Positions 34,628-44,109 of a stretch of 64,000 bases of DNA are shown here, piece after piece. Each line of letters begins with the position of its first letter. Position 1 is the first letter of the stretch. The translations under genes and the position numbers were made by a program. The stretch comes from Candidatus Iainarchaeum sp. (GTDB taxonomy: Archaea; B1Sed10-29; WALL01), in NCBI GenBank assembly GCA_021162685.1, contig JAGGYF010000026.1:21557-85556 (forward strand), read 5' to 3'. The notes below the pieces were generated by a model. The model worked only from the letters and a program-made list of their open reading frames with translations. It ran no database searches and was not told the DNA's origin.

Positions 34628-35214
34628 GGACTATGGGATGGGAAGAAGTAAAACAAAAGTTAATGAGAGGTCTGGAAGAAGCTAAGGCCAAACAACTAGT
34701 TGATAAAGATGTTATAAGGTATTTGGACATGATAAACAGTGTTCCTGAATGTATGACATCAAGCTCATGCTATGGAAGAATTCTATTAATAGATGTCCCA
34801 ACTGAAAGAAAGAAAGATTCAAAGTTTATAGAGAGATGGCACAAACAAGTGTCATTTGAGACTGTTTGGGATGTAATAGAAAAATGTAGTGGAGAGAGGA
34901 TATGGTTTAAGATGGAGCCATTGATTATCCATATATCATGTAAGGACTTAGAAACAGCAAAGAGGATATTAAAGGTAAAAAATGAGGCTGGGATAAAAAG
35001 AGGAGGTATATTTTCAATCAGTGATGAGAGAGTACAAATAGAACTGGAGGGCACACAAAGGATTGCATTGCCTGTGAAAATAAAAGATGATGTGATTGTT
35101 ACAAAGGAGTATATGGGGATTGTTGTAGATGACGCAAACGAAAAGATGCGGAGAAACGATGAGAGATGGAAAAGGTTTGGGATAGCATTCAAGAAAGAAT
35201 TTAATCTATCCTAA
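34624..35214 (+). CDS. tRNA wybutosine-synthesis protein 3 homolog (Taw3/Tyw3-like)
   Basis: 196 aa; conserved TSSCxGR-type motif (MTSSSCYGRILLID) recalled from the Tyw3 family. Confidence 0.5.
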   Translation: MRTMGWEEVKQKLMRGLEEAKAKQLVDKDVIRYLDMINSVPECMTSSSCYGRILLIDVPTERKKDSKFIERWHKQVSFETVWDVIEKCSGERIWFKMEPLIIHISCKDLETAKRILKVKNEAGIKRGGIFSISDERVQIELEGTQRIALPVKIKDDVIVTKEYMGIVVDDANEKMRRNDERWKRFGIAFKKEFNLS

Positions 35215-36235
35215 ATCTGAGTAATGCAGCAATCCCTCCCAAATGTTTCAACTTTTCTCCTGCCTCATGTTCTGAGCTTATGATATGAACCTCAACATTT
35301 GTTTGCTCTGCTTGTTGAAGAAGATTTTCCATTGCTTCTCTCTCCTCAGAGAACAGTGTATCCGATATCAATAGTATTTGGACAGCGCCATATTGTAGAG
35401 CCTCTTCAACTTCCTTTCTTCCATATGCCACAAGTCCAGAATCTTTTGCTATTTCTGTTAATACCCTTTCTATGAGGTTTGTCTCCTGAACTACCCTTGC
35501 CTTTTCCATTATCTTCTTTATTACGTCCCTTTTAAGGAGCTCTTGCATACCTGCTCTTGATACGCCTCCTATATCCTCTGTAATGAGCCTTTTCCTAAGC
35601 TCTGGGTATTTTTCAGCACAAAATGTTGCAAAATCGTCTTTTGTAAAACCCGGACCAGCAACAATAACCTTTGGTGTATCAAACTGTTCTAATGCTTTTG
35701 CTATATTATGGAAATACTCTTGCATCACATCCCTCTGCTTAAATGCTTTCCCGGATCTCCCAGAGCGGATTGTCCCTTTTTGTTCAAGTCCAAATTCTCT
35801 CAATAAAGCTATTTCAGCAGATTCATCATCCATGACAACCAAAAGAACTTTTGGTCTTTTTGATGCCTCAACTGCCTCCTTTATTCTTTGCAACTGATAT
35901 CGTTTCCACTGCACTTTCTCTATTGTGATTGTTTTCTGAGGCATAACCTCTATTGTGTGATGTGTACCAATTTGAACATAGTCCTCAGGATAACCGCGCA
36001 CAATAGTCCCTAGCAATCTGAGCTTGTTTGAATGTTTATGTAACTCTATGGCTTCAACCTTTATTGTAACCGTTATTGGTTTTCTCTCCGTTCTTCCTCC
36101 CTCTGATGTGAATCTCCTCTCAGATTTAGCAGTAACCAAGTCATCCTTTTCTATTACCTTCTCAAGATGCCACAGATCATCAAGTGTTTCTGCCACCACT
36201 ACAATCTTTGGTAAGGCCCTTTTCAATACACGCAT
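35201..36235 (-). CDS. pelA: Pelota (Dom34 homolog, aRF1 paralog)
   Basis: 344 aa; N-terminal ...ETLDDLWHL motif and three-domain eRF1-like organisation. Confidence 0.8.
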   Translation of the reverse strand: MRVLKRALPKIVVVAETLDDLWHLEKVIEKDDLVTAKSERRFTSEGGRTERKPITVTIKVEAIELHKHSNKLRLLGTIVRGYPEDYVQIGTHHTIEVMPQKTITIEKVQWKRYQLQRIKEAVEASKRPKVLLVVMDDESAEIALLREFGLEQKGTIRSGRSGKAFKQRDVMQEYFHNIAKALEQFDTPKVIVAGPGFTKDDFATFCAEKYPELRKRLITEDIGGVSRAGMQELLKRDVIKKIMEKARVVQETNLIERVLTEIAKDSGLVAYGRKEVEEALQYGAVQILLISDTLFSEEREAMENLLQQAEQTNVEVHIISSEHEAGEKLKHLGGIAALLRFRID

Positions 36236-36254
36236 GAATAGTTTTTGGTAAAGC

Positions 36255-36266
36255 CTTTTAAAAAGT
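36255..36266. promoter_or_regulatory. Palindromic TATA-like element (CTTTTAAAAAG) between divergent pelA and ABCE1, about 25 nt from each start codon
   Basis: 51-bp spacer. TTTTAAAA centred about 25 nt upstream of the Pelota ATG (36235, minus strand) and about 26 nt upstream of the ABCE1 ATG (36286). Consistent with two leaderless transcripts from one bidirectional TATA. Confidence 0.4.
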
Positions 36267-36285
36267 GTTCGTTAAAATTTAAGAC

Positions 36286-38025
36286 ATGCGAATTGCTGTA
36301 ATAGACAAAAAGAAGTGTCAGCCGAAGAAATGCGGTTATATCTGCGAGAAGGTATGTCCAGGAGTAAGGATGGGAGATGAAACGATTACTCACGAGGATA
36401 CAAACATCCCTGTGATATCAGAAGAACTGTGTACTGGTTGCGGCATATGCGTAAAGAAATGCCCTTATAATGCCATTTCTATTGTCAATCTCCCAGAGGA
36501 GCTTGAGAGGCCAGTGCATCAGTACGGAGTCAACGGATTCAGGTTGTTTGGTCTACCAGTACCAAAAGAGGGTGTTGTAGGGATTATAGGGCCAAATGGT
36601 ATTGGAAAAACTACTGCATTAAGAATACTATCAGGACAATTGGTTCCGAACTTGGGCAAAGAACATGCAGATTGGGATGAGATTATTGAATACCATAGGG
36701 GGAAGGAGATCCAAAAGCATCTGGAAAAGATTAGTAAAGGTGAGATAGTAGTAAGCATAAAGCCACAGAACGTTGATTTAATACCAAAACACTTTGATGG
36801 AACAGTTGAGGAGCTTTTGAAGAAAACAAATGATATAGGAAACATAGAACTTCTTGTTGAAAAACTTGAATTGGGTGGCATCCTAAAAAGAAGATTGGAT
36901 GAGATAAGTGGAGGGGAACTACAAAGAGTTGCAATTGCTGTTGCGCTTGGAAAAGATGCACAACTTTATTTCTTTGATGAACCCACTTCATATTTAGATG
37001 TAAAACAAAGATTGGTCACTGCAAAGATTATAAGAGAAATCGTTGAAAGAGGTTCTGTTCTGGTTGTTGAGCACGACCTTGCTGTCTTGGATTACCTCTC
37101 GGATAACATACATGTTGTCTATGGAAAAGAAGGAGTGTATGGTATTGTATCTGGATTAAAAGGTGTGCGCGTTGGCATAAATGAATTTTTGGATGGATAT
37201 CTAAAAGCAGAGAATATGAGATTTAGGGACCATAGTATAAAATTTGAGGTAAAACCACCAGCTGACGAGTGGAAAGGAGAGTCACTTATAACATTCCCAC
37301 ATTTCAGGAAAACATATGAATCATTTGTGCTTGATGTTTCAGAAGGGGAGATAAGAAAGGGGGAAGTTATAGGGATTCTTGGACCAAATGCTATTGGAAA
37401 ATCCACATTTATGAAGGTGTTGGCAGGTGTTGAAAAACCAGATGATGTCTCGCTTAGTATGAAGATAAAAATAGCGTATAAACCGCAGTATCTTACATCA
37501 AACTTTGAGGGAAGTGTTGAGGAATTTATTGATAGTGTAGACATAAACAGGGAGATTTTTGATACCTACCTAAAAAATGATTTGGTTGCATTATATCCAA
37601 AGCAAGTACAAGAACTTAGTGGTGGTGAACTACAAAGAGTTGCAATAGCAATAACCATGGCAAAAGAGTGTGATCTTTGTTTGTTGGATGAGCCGAGTGC
37701 GTTCCTTGATGTTGAACAGCGACTTAGATTCGCTGATCTTATAAGAAAGATTACAGAGAAAACAGAGCGCAGTACAATAGTCATAGACCATGATATTACT
37801 TTGCAAGATTACATATCTGATAGGTTAATGGTATTTGATGGTATTCCAGGCAAGAGAGGACTTGCACATGCTCCAGAATCAATGGAATCTGGCATGAATA
37901 AGTTCCTTAAAATCATGGATATAACGTATAGGAGGGATCCAGAAACAGGGAGGCCAAGAGCAAATAAGCCAGGGTCGCAGAAGGACATGGAACAAAAAAA
38001 GAGCGGAAAGTATTACTATGTTTAG
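36286..38025 (+). CDS. abce1: ABCE1/RLI1 ribosome-recycling ATPase
   Basis: N-terminal double 4Fe-4S ferredoxin (CQPKKCGYICEKVCP; CTGCGICVKKCP) followed by two ABC cassettes (GPNGIGKTT/LSGGELQR; GPNAIGKST/LSGGELQR); 579 aa. Confidence 0.9.
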   Translation: MRIAVIDKKKCQPKKCGYICEKVCPGVRMGDETITHEDTNIPVISEELCTGCGICVKKCPYNAISIVNLPEELERPVHQYGVNGFRLFGLPVPKEGVVGIIGPNGIGKTTALRILSGQLVPNLGKEHADWDEIIEYHRGKEIQKHLEKISKGEIVVSIKPQNVDLIPKHFDGTVEELLKKTNDIGNIELLVEKLELGGILKRRLDEISGGELQRVAIAVALGKDAQLYFFDEPTSYLDVKQRLVTAKIIREIVERGSVLVVEHDLAVLDYLSDNIHVVYGKEGVYGIVSGLKGVRVGINEFLDGYLKAENMRFRDHSIKFEVKPPADEWKGESLITFPHFRKTYESFVLDVSEGEIRKGEVIGILGPNAIGKSTFMKVLAGVEKPDDVSLSMKIKIAYKPQYLTSNFEGSVEEFIDSVDINREIFDTYLKNDLVALYPKQVQELSGGELQRVAIAITMAKECDLCLLDEPSAFLDVEQRLRFADLIRKITEKTERSTIVIDHDITLQDYISDRLMVFDGIPGKRGLAHAPESMESGMNKFLKIMDITYRRDPETGRPRANKPGSQKDMEQKKSGKYYYV

Positions 38026-38490
38026 AGGCTCGCAATGTCCTTTACTACCCTACCATCCTCTATAATTCCATAATCACAAAACGTGTTACTGAATATTCTC
38101 TCAACAATTCTATCCAATTGGTTAAGGCACTTGGCAAAGTATAAGTTGATGACACAACCATGAGACACAATAAGTATCTTTTTGTTCTTGTATGTTGAAT
38201 TAATTTCATCTATCTTTATCCCTATCAAGCTTATTGAGTTCTTTATATTGTATGATGTTTTTTCCTATTCTTCTGGCAATAGGCTCTGCTGTCTGATACG
38301 CCTTTCTCTCTGCTGATGATATAATGACATCAACATCATCAAAGATGCCGGAATTTGCCACCGTCTCTGCATGCCTTTTTCCGTAATCAGAAAGTGGCCA
38401 CTCACTAATTGGCTTGTTCTTGTCTATCTCCACCTCAGCATGCCTCAGGAATATAAGCGTGTTCATAAACATGGTTTGGGCAAAATGCAT
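38022..38490 (-). pseudogene. Histidine phosphatase (phosphoglycerate mutase superfamily) gene disrupted by a frameshift
   Basis: N-terminal ORF 38206..38490 carries the RHG-type motif (LIFLRHAEV). C-terminal ORF 38022..38228 carries the second His motif (ILIVSHGCV) in another frame. Removing one A from the A6 run (T6 at about 38254..38259 on the plus strand) fuses them into one protein of about 155 aa. Confidence 0.55.
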
Positions 38491-38518
38491 TTATATACCT
38501 ACGTTTATAACCATAATC

Positions 38519-38761
38519 ATGTTAGCCAAAGATGTTATTGGGAAAGAAATTATTGACAGAGATGGCAATAAAATAGGGGTTGTTGACGATATCGTATTCA
38601 CAGGAAAGGGCAAGGTAACGCATATTATTGCATTGCCTGTTGGTATAATACGTGCATTGAAGCCAAATATCCATATACAGTTTGAGGACATAGAATCTAT
38701 AGAGGACGTTGTGTTCCTCAAAAAAACTGAGGAAGAATTAAAAACCAAGAAAAAGAAATGA
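38519..38761 (+). CDS. PRC-barrel-like small protein
   Basis: Start trimmed to MLAKDVIGKEIIDRDGNKIGVVDDIVF (PRC-barrel-like pattern); K-rich tail. Confidence 0.45.
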   Translation: MLAKDVIGKEIIDRDGNKIGVVDDIVFTGKGKVTHIIALPVGIIRALKPNIHIQFEDIESIEDVVFLKKTEEELKTKKKK

Positions 38762-38765
38762 TTGT

Positions 38766-40004
38766 ATGGCTGGGATATGCGGTTCTGTTTCTGGGCATAT
38801 AGATAGTATACTGGATAAGATTAAGCATAGAGGAACAAAAATAGATGTAGAAAACATTGGGGATGCTTGGTTTGGTTGCTCTCACCTCACTGGAAGAAAG
38901 CAAATAATCAAACATAAGGAAAAGATCCTAGTGTATGATGGAGCATTTTATGGTATTGATGAAACAGATGTAATGGATAAACTGGCAGAAGACCCAAAAT
39001 CTGTGGGAGAGATTGATGGTGATTTCGCACTTGCCTTTTATGATGGAGAGCATTTGATTCTATCAACAGACATTGTCGGAACAAAACCATTGTGGGTAAA
39101 TAATGATTCATTTGCATCAGAAAGAAAAGCGCTAAAGGGTGCTGTTCCAGTCAAACCGGGAACTATTTTACAGGACTTCAAACCATCATGGAGGTTCGGA
39201 TTTGAGAAAGGGAATCCTAATAAAAAGGACCATACATTACTCAAAGACCTAATCATCAGAGCAGTTGATAAACGCACGAAAGACATAAAGAAAGCCGCAC
39301 TTCTATTCTCTGGTGGAGTTGACTCAACATTACTGGCGTTGCTTCTCAGTGATAGGATTAAACTCACATGTTATACTGCTGGGTTCTCTGGAGCACCAGA
39401 TATCACCTGGGCTGAAAAGGTTGCTGAGGAAATGGGACTCAAATTGAATATTGTTGAGATGGAGGCTACTGAGGGGCTTGTAAAAAACGTTGTGGATACC
39501 ATTGATACAACCAATGTTATGAAGGTTGGTGTAGCAATGCCAGTTTATGTCTGTTGCAGAGGGTGCGAAGAGAATGTTATGTTTTCTGGGGTTGGAAGTG
39601 AGGAAATATTTGCAGGATATGAGCGCCATATAAAGGCATTAGAGGAGGGATGGGCAGGAATGCAGAAGGAGATGTGGAAAGGCATAGAAACGATGTGGGA
39701 AAGAGACCTGCAGAGGGATGACCTAGCAGCATCTGCTTTCTCCATTGAACTAAGAGCACCATTTGTTGATAGGTATGTTATAGAAGAAGCAATGAAGATA
39801 CACCCTTCCCTGAAGTACAATGGGAAGATGAAAAAGGTTGTATTGAGGAAGATCGCAAAGGAATTAGGAGTTCCGGAGGAGGTATGCAAGAGACCAAAAA
39901 AGGCTGCACAATATGGCTCTTATTCGCATAAAATAATTGTTAAGTTGGCAAAAAGGCATGGCATGAAGGCTCATGACTACCTCAGATCACTTGCCTCACA
40001 ATAG
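38766..40004 (+). CDS. Asparagine synthetase (glutamine-hydrolysing)-like amidotransferase, short archaeal form
   Basis: N-terminal Ntn nucleophile (MAGICGSVSG); PP-loop (LFSGGVDSTLL); 412 aa. Confidence 0.65.
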   Translation: MAGICGSVSGHIDSILDKIKHRGTKIDVENIGDAWFGCSHLTGRKQIIKHKEKILVYDGAFYGIDETDVMDKLAEDPKSVGEIDGDFALAFYDGEHLILSTDIVGTKPLWVNNDSFASERKALKGAVPVKPGTILQDFKPSWRFGFEKGNPNKKDHTLLKDLIIRAVDKRTKDIKKAALLFSGGVDSTLLALLLSDRIKLTCYTAGFSGAPDITWAEKVAEEMGLKLNIVEMEATEGLVKNVVDTIDTTNVMKVGVAMPVYVCCRGCEENVMFSGVGSEEIFAGYERHIKALEEGWAGMQKEMWKGIETMWERDLQRDDLAASAFSIELRAPFVDRYVIEEAMKIHPSLKYNGKMKKVVLRKIAKELGVPEEVCKRPKKAAQYGSYSHKIIVKLAKRHGMKAHDYLRSLASQ

Positions 40005-40581
40005 TATCATAACCAGTTGCTCCATTTTGGTCCTCTGCTGTTACATTGAATATCCATACACCTGGCCCAGGGTTCTCAGATACGTTGAATATTAGGTAAT
40101 GGTTTGTTGTTGTATCAATCAATGTCCATCCTGTTGATGTGTTATGATATAAGCTATAAACTATGTCTGAATCTCCATCAACATCACATGCCTTCCACTT
40201 AAACACTGGATTCCCGCTTATTTTGTAATGCTCTGGCTCGATAAATAATGGGTGAGGAGGATAATTCTTTGTGTATGTAGCAGATATGTGTATTAACTCA
40301 TTATCATTATATGTGATAGTTGTTTTATTTCCAGACCTTGAATAATATGTGGAAACAACTAATGCGTAGGGATTTGTTTGTGCTATTTTACCTGTTTTTT
40401 TACAATAATAATTATCCGCGTCACCATACCATCGTGCTCCTTCAACTATCATACCAGTTATTGCTGAATTATGCATATCATTTTCAAACAACAGAAAAGA
40501 GAATAATGCTATGACTACTGAAAAAGCCAACAAGAGCATAATCGCTGAATTGACGAATCCTCTTTTCATTTTAGTTTGCAC
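39982..40581 (-). CDS. Secreted/membrane-anchored protein, possibly a pilin-like or pilus-associated adhesin
   Basis: MKRGFVNSAIMLLLAFSVVIALFSFLLF N-terminus, then a 170-aa Tyr/Asn/Gly-rich globular region; last gene of the pilin string. Confidence 0.4.
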   Translation of the reverse strand: MQTKMKRGFVNSAIMLLLAFSVVIALFSFLLFENDMHNSAITGMIVEGARWYGDADNYYCKKTGKIAQTNPYALVVSTYYSRSGNKTTITYNDNELIHISATYTKNYPPHPLFIEPEHYKISGNPVFKWKACDVDGDSDIVYSLYHNTSTGWTLIDTTTNHYLIFNVSENPGPGVWIFNVTAEDQNGATGYDTIVRQVI

Positions 40582-40850
40582 ACCTCTTTTGTTGTTGCTC
40601 CATCATAATCGTAATAATTTAGTATAACTGCGCTCTTTTTTCCAATACATGCATCCCCAACACCATACTCCTCTGTTGAAGCATTGGATGTGTTCTCTTC
40701 ACCCATATCATGTGCTATCTTTATCTCTTGTATTAGGTCATAATTTGGCTGTTCTACAAATGTTATAAAGGAAAGAAAGACAACTACCACAATAAATACT
40801 GCAGTCAATGCGTATGCCGCATCAATGGTGAATATCACTCCCTTTTTCAT
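40566..40850 (-). CDS. Archaeal type IV pilin-like protein (class III signal peptide)
   Basis: MKKG|VIFTIDAAYALTAVFIVVVV. Confidence 0.5.
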   Translation of the reverse strand: MKKGVIFTIDAAYALTAVFIVVVVFLSFITFVEQPNYDLIQEIKIAHDMGEENTSNASTEEYGVGDACIGKKSAVILNYYDYDGATTKEVCKLK

Positions 40851-41173
40851 ATGGCATCACACACATAAACGATTATGGGCTTTTCTTTTGTGCCCCTCAC
40901 GCTGTATACACATGACTTTCTGTCTGATGGTGCGTTTCCTTTGCCTATCTCATACCCAATATTTGACGCTGAATCATTTAATCCGCTAAATGACTGTGTG
41001 TAATACATGAGAGATGCTGCATCCATAGCAATTTGGTGCATCTTTGCAGTTTTTACTGATGAAGAGGTAATATCCATGTGCATATTCATAATCGTAATAA
41101 TCAAACCAATGCATGCTAAAACGATGACAAATGAGAGGAGCATATCTGTTGAAAATATCTGGCCTTTTCTCAA
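40847..41173 (-). CDS. Archaeal type IV pilin-like protein (class III signal peptide)
   Basis: MRKG|QIFSTDMLLSFVIVLACIGLII. Confidence 0.55.
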   Translation of the reverse strand: MRKGQIFSTDMLLSFVIVLACIGLIITIMNMHMDITSSSVKTAKMHQIAMDAASLMYYTQSFSGLNDSASNIGYEIGKGNAPSDRKSCVYSVRGTKEKPIIVYVCDAI

Positions 41174-41655
41174 GCAGACACCTCCATGTCACCAGTAACA
41201 ACAAGTGTTTGGTTGCACAATGCATCAACGCCTGTCTTCATGTCCACAAGGGGGTATTGAGCAATAACACTCTCTAGCATATTGCTTTCTATCCTCTGAT
41301 AGGTTAAATTAACTGTCAGGATATCTGTAGTTTCATTTACATGAACGCTACATGAGACAAGGTCAAGTGATAACTTTGGCCAGTTGCCCCCAGTTGTTGG
41401 AACAATAGGAGATGTTGCAGTTCCACCAATGTTCTGTATGTCTATCTTTAACTCATCATCAGGTTGTGGTGAAATTGCTCTGAAATGGTTTATTGCAGAA
41501 CCAACTGCAATGGCAATTGCCTCTGCCTTATATTTCACGGATATTGCTGATGCATTCTCAACCTGCATGAGCGCGAATCCCATAAGGATGGATGCAACTA
41601 ACATGAGAACAATTGAGGATAACAGGAAATCAAGTGATATCGTGGCTCTATGCAT
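41170..41655 (-). CDS. Archaeal type IV pilin-like protein (class III signal peptide)
   Basis: MHRA|TISLDFLLSSIVLMLVASIL. Confidence 0.5.
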   Translation of the reverse strand: MHRATISLDFLLSSIVLMLVASILMGFALMQVENASAISVKYKAEAIAIAVGSAINHFRAISPQPDDELKIDIQNIGGTATSPIVPTTGGNWPKLSLDLVSCSVHVNETTDILTVNLTYQRIESNMLESVIAQYPLVDMKTGVDALCNQTLVVTGDMEVSA

Positions 41656-41676
41656 ATGTTATACTATTGCCTACTA

Positions 41677-42024
41677 TTATTTAATAATTTCTAAAGGCAC
41701 TTGGTTACCATGCCTATCAAATGCCCTTATCTCATTTATCCCAACAATAATATGGATTTTACCATGCCGCGCAAAGAAATTGAGGTCTGCTTTTGATGGT
41801 ATTGGTGGACCAGGATGAGAGTGGATAGAACCAACGATAGTTGGGTCAAGGGGGACCATATACTCCTTCAATGTTGACCTTGACTGTTCAAATGTACTTC
41901 CAGGTATAACCAATACCTCTGTTATAACATTGTTTTTTGCCCTGAGTAAACCTATGAACTCATTTGGATAGGTGTTTCTACATGCCTCAACAATGAAATC
42001 CAATGTTTCCTTCTTTATTTTCAT
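41677..42024 (-). CDS. JAMM/MPN+ metalloprotease (JAB1/Mov34 family)
   Basis: Start trimmed to MKIKKETLDFIVEACRNTYPNEFIGLL. JAMM motif HSHPGPPIPSKADLNF (H-x-H-x7-S-x2-D) with an upstream Glu. ATGA overlap with the upstream permease gene. Confidence 0.7.
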   Translation of the reverse strand: MKIKKETLDFIVEACRNTYPNEFIGLLRAKNNVITEVLVIPGSTFEQSRSTLKEYMVPLDPTIVGSIHSHPGPPIPSKADLNFFARHGKIHIIVGINEIRAFDRHGNQVPLEIIK

Positions 42025-43148
42025 ACATAGTATAACAGCACTGGAATTAATAAACTTGCCATGCACGTGTTTCTCCTCGTTTTTGTCATTATGCACATCA
42101 GTCCAATAGCAGTAGATGCCATTAGTACAATCATTCCATTTATCCCACAAAACCATAAAACCATAAATAGAATGAATACCAACGATATTGTGTTTAATAG
42201 CTCTGTTGACAGCTTATTCATCAATAGGATGATATGCTTGGAAAACACCCATGCGAAAAATCCAGACAATCCTATTGAGATAAGAATTAATCCAGTGAGG
42301 TATAATATATTTTTGTTGCTAAATCCGTCTATAACAATAGCGACTGCGCTTCTTGGTCTTCCTATGAGATATATTGATAGTATGGATATGAATGCATAAA
42401 CTGTTGTTGTTCCGCCAATCATTGCAAGGTAGTCCTCATCAGAATGTATTGCTCCAAATTTCTCAGAAAACAAAGCGCCAATTGAGCTGCTCACACCAGG
42501 AAGAAATCCGCACAATAATCCAGAGAATGCACCGAAGAATGATGATTTTATTGGTATGTTCTCAATACAGACATCTGGCCTCTGAGCAGGGGATGCGCTA
42601 CCAAAGATAATGGAATAGAGAACAGAGCTCATGCCAAAAAACCCAGAAAACAGGGGAAACAAAGCATTTGGCATCTTTTCCAAAGAGATAGTCCCAAGCA
42701 CAGCGCTCATAACAAATAGGGATATGAAATATGCTTTTCTATTTGATGACAAGAACATAAGAAGAATTAATCCAACTATTGCAACAGGAACGAATTGTTT
42801 TATCACAGCATAAAATGAGAAGAAGAATGTGAGAAATGGGAGCAAAGAAATGACAATGAGTGATGAAAGGATGCCACCAATAACCGTAAGTTTGAACGCC
42901 TTTAATGCCTCTGACCTTAATGCCATTCTATGTGAAGGGAGTATGGATAATGCAGTAGACTCCTCGGGTATGCCAAGAAATATACTTGGTATGAAGCTAA
43001 AAAAGGAATGCGATATAGACACTGCTACGAGAAATGGAATCACAGAACGGTCTGCATTGAGAAGTATTGGCACAAAAAGGTTTATATGCAACCCAGGGAA
43101 AACCCCAGTAACAATACCAGATGCAATACCAAGAATAATATCAATCAA
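42021..43148 (-). CDS. Polytopic membrane protein, TctA/DUF112-like (repeated GxxPG motifs)
   Basis: 375 aa, ten or more TM helices, several G-x-x-P-G(L/V) motifs (GVFPGLH, GFLPGVS) as in TctA-family permeases. Assignment tentative. Confidence 0.45.
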   Translation of the reverse strand: MIDIILGIASGIVTGVFPGLHINLFVPILLNADRSVIPFLVAVSISHSFFSFIPSIFLGIPEESTALSILPSHRMALRSEALKAFKLTVIGGILSSLIVISLLPFLTFFFSFYAVIKQFVPVAIVGLILLMFLSSNRKAYFISLFVMSAVLGTISLEKMPNALFPLFSGFFGMSSVLYSIIFGSASPAQRPDVCIENIPIKSSFFGAFSGLLCGFLPGVSSSIGALFSEKFGAIHSDEDYLAMIGGTTTVYAFISILSIYLIGRPRSAVAIVIDGFSNKNILYLTGLILISIGLSGFFAWVFSKHIILLMNKLSTELLNTISLVFILFMVLWFCGINGMIVLMASTAIGLMCIMTKTRRNTCMASLLIPVLLYYV

Positions 43149-43480
43149 ATAGATGTCACCTCATCTACAACAAGCTCAATTGCTCCTTTGTATACGGATA
43201 CCTTGCCTTTTGCTAATACTTCCATACCCTTTTCAAGTTTTGTATCAACCTTAGTAAAAGAGACTGCTTTGTAGCCATTGATCCTCATAAAAAGTATTCC
43301 TTTCCTTTGGTACACGGAATCAAGTGTGCCATGTAAAACAACAGTATTTCCTACCATCTCTTTGCTCAGATATTTAACGTGTTTGATTTCTTCATCTGAC
43401 AATGCTATAAGTAATGTGCCAACAATAGAGATAAATAAACATAGATAGATTATAGTTTGCTCTTTCCTACTATTCTCCAT
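43145..43480 (-). CDS. Membrane-anchored small protein, hypothetical (possible OB-like soluble domain)
   Basis: N-terminal TM then a roughly 80-aa beta-rich region; 111 aa. Confidence 0.35.
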   Translation of the reverse strand: MENSRKEQTIIYLCLFISIVGTLLIALSDEEIKHVKYLSKEMVGNTVVLHGTLDSVYQRKGILFMRINGYKAVSFTKVDTKLEKGMEVLAKGKVSVYKGAIELVVDEVTSI

Positions 43481-44109
43481 ATCTTTCCTCTCCCCAAAAA
43501 GCCACGTTCTATCTTAATTTTTACCATATCTCCTTTTTTAATGTTTGCTTTGCTTCTGACTGCATAGTAATCATTCCTAACACTTGAGCGTATATCAAAC
43601 GGAACCTGGACAACTGCCCATTCCTTACTACTTAACAGAACCTTCCCGAATGTGTAATTCCTCCCAAATACCAGCTTAAATACAACTGCGAATAGGATAA
43701 ATGTTATGAGGTAAAACAGGAAAAGCTCAGCACTAAACCAATCTACAAAATAACGTAATGCCCCAAGTGAAACAGCAATTAGGCTTAAACCGCAGAAGAA
43801 AAAGACATATGCATTTCCATCCCTCTCATCCTTGAATTGCTTTATTGTGCTGTATGTGTTGAGAACAAAAAGGAGCAGAAGAATAGAAAATATCAGCATG
43901 TTAAATTTAATCGTCAACACAAGAGCAAGGATAAACATGAAGATTACAGAGAACTGCAATCGCATTATAACATACTCTCTATATGTTCCTCCATGCTCTT
44001 CTATGTATTTCCTGAATAGTTTTGGTATTTTCATATAATCACTCAGGATAAACCTTATAATATATGCCTTTACATCTGCCATCTGGGTTGTATTGGCAAT
44101 CAAGCGCAA
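43450..44109 (-). CDS. Polytopic membrane protein, hypothetical
   Basis: 219 aa, four or five TM helices, basic C-terminal domain. Confidence 0.4.
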   Translation of the reverse strand: MRLIANTTQMADVKAYIIRFILSDYMKIPKLFRKYIEEHGGTYREYVIMRLQFSVIFMFILALVLTIKFNMLIFSILLLLFVLNTYSTIKQFKDERDGNAYVFFFCGLSLIAVSLGALRYFVDWFSAELFLFYLITFILFAVVFKLVFGRNYTFGKVLLSSKEWAVVQVPFDIRSSVRNDYYAVRSKANIKKGDMVKIKIERGFLGRGKIWRIVGKSKL

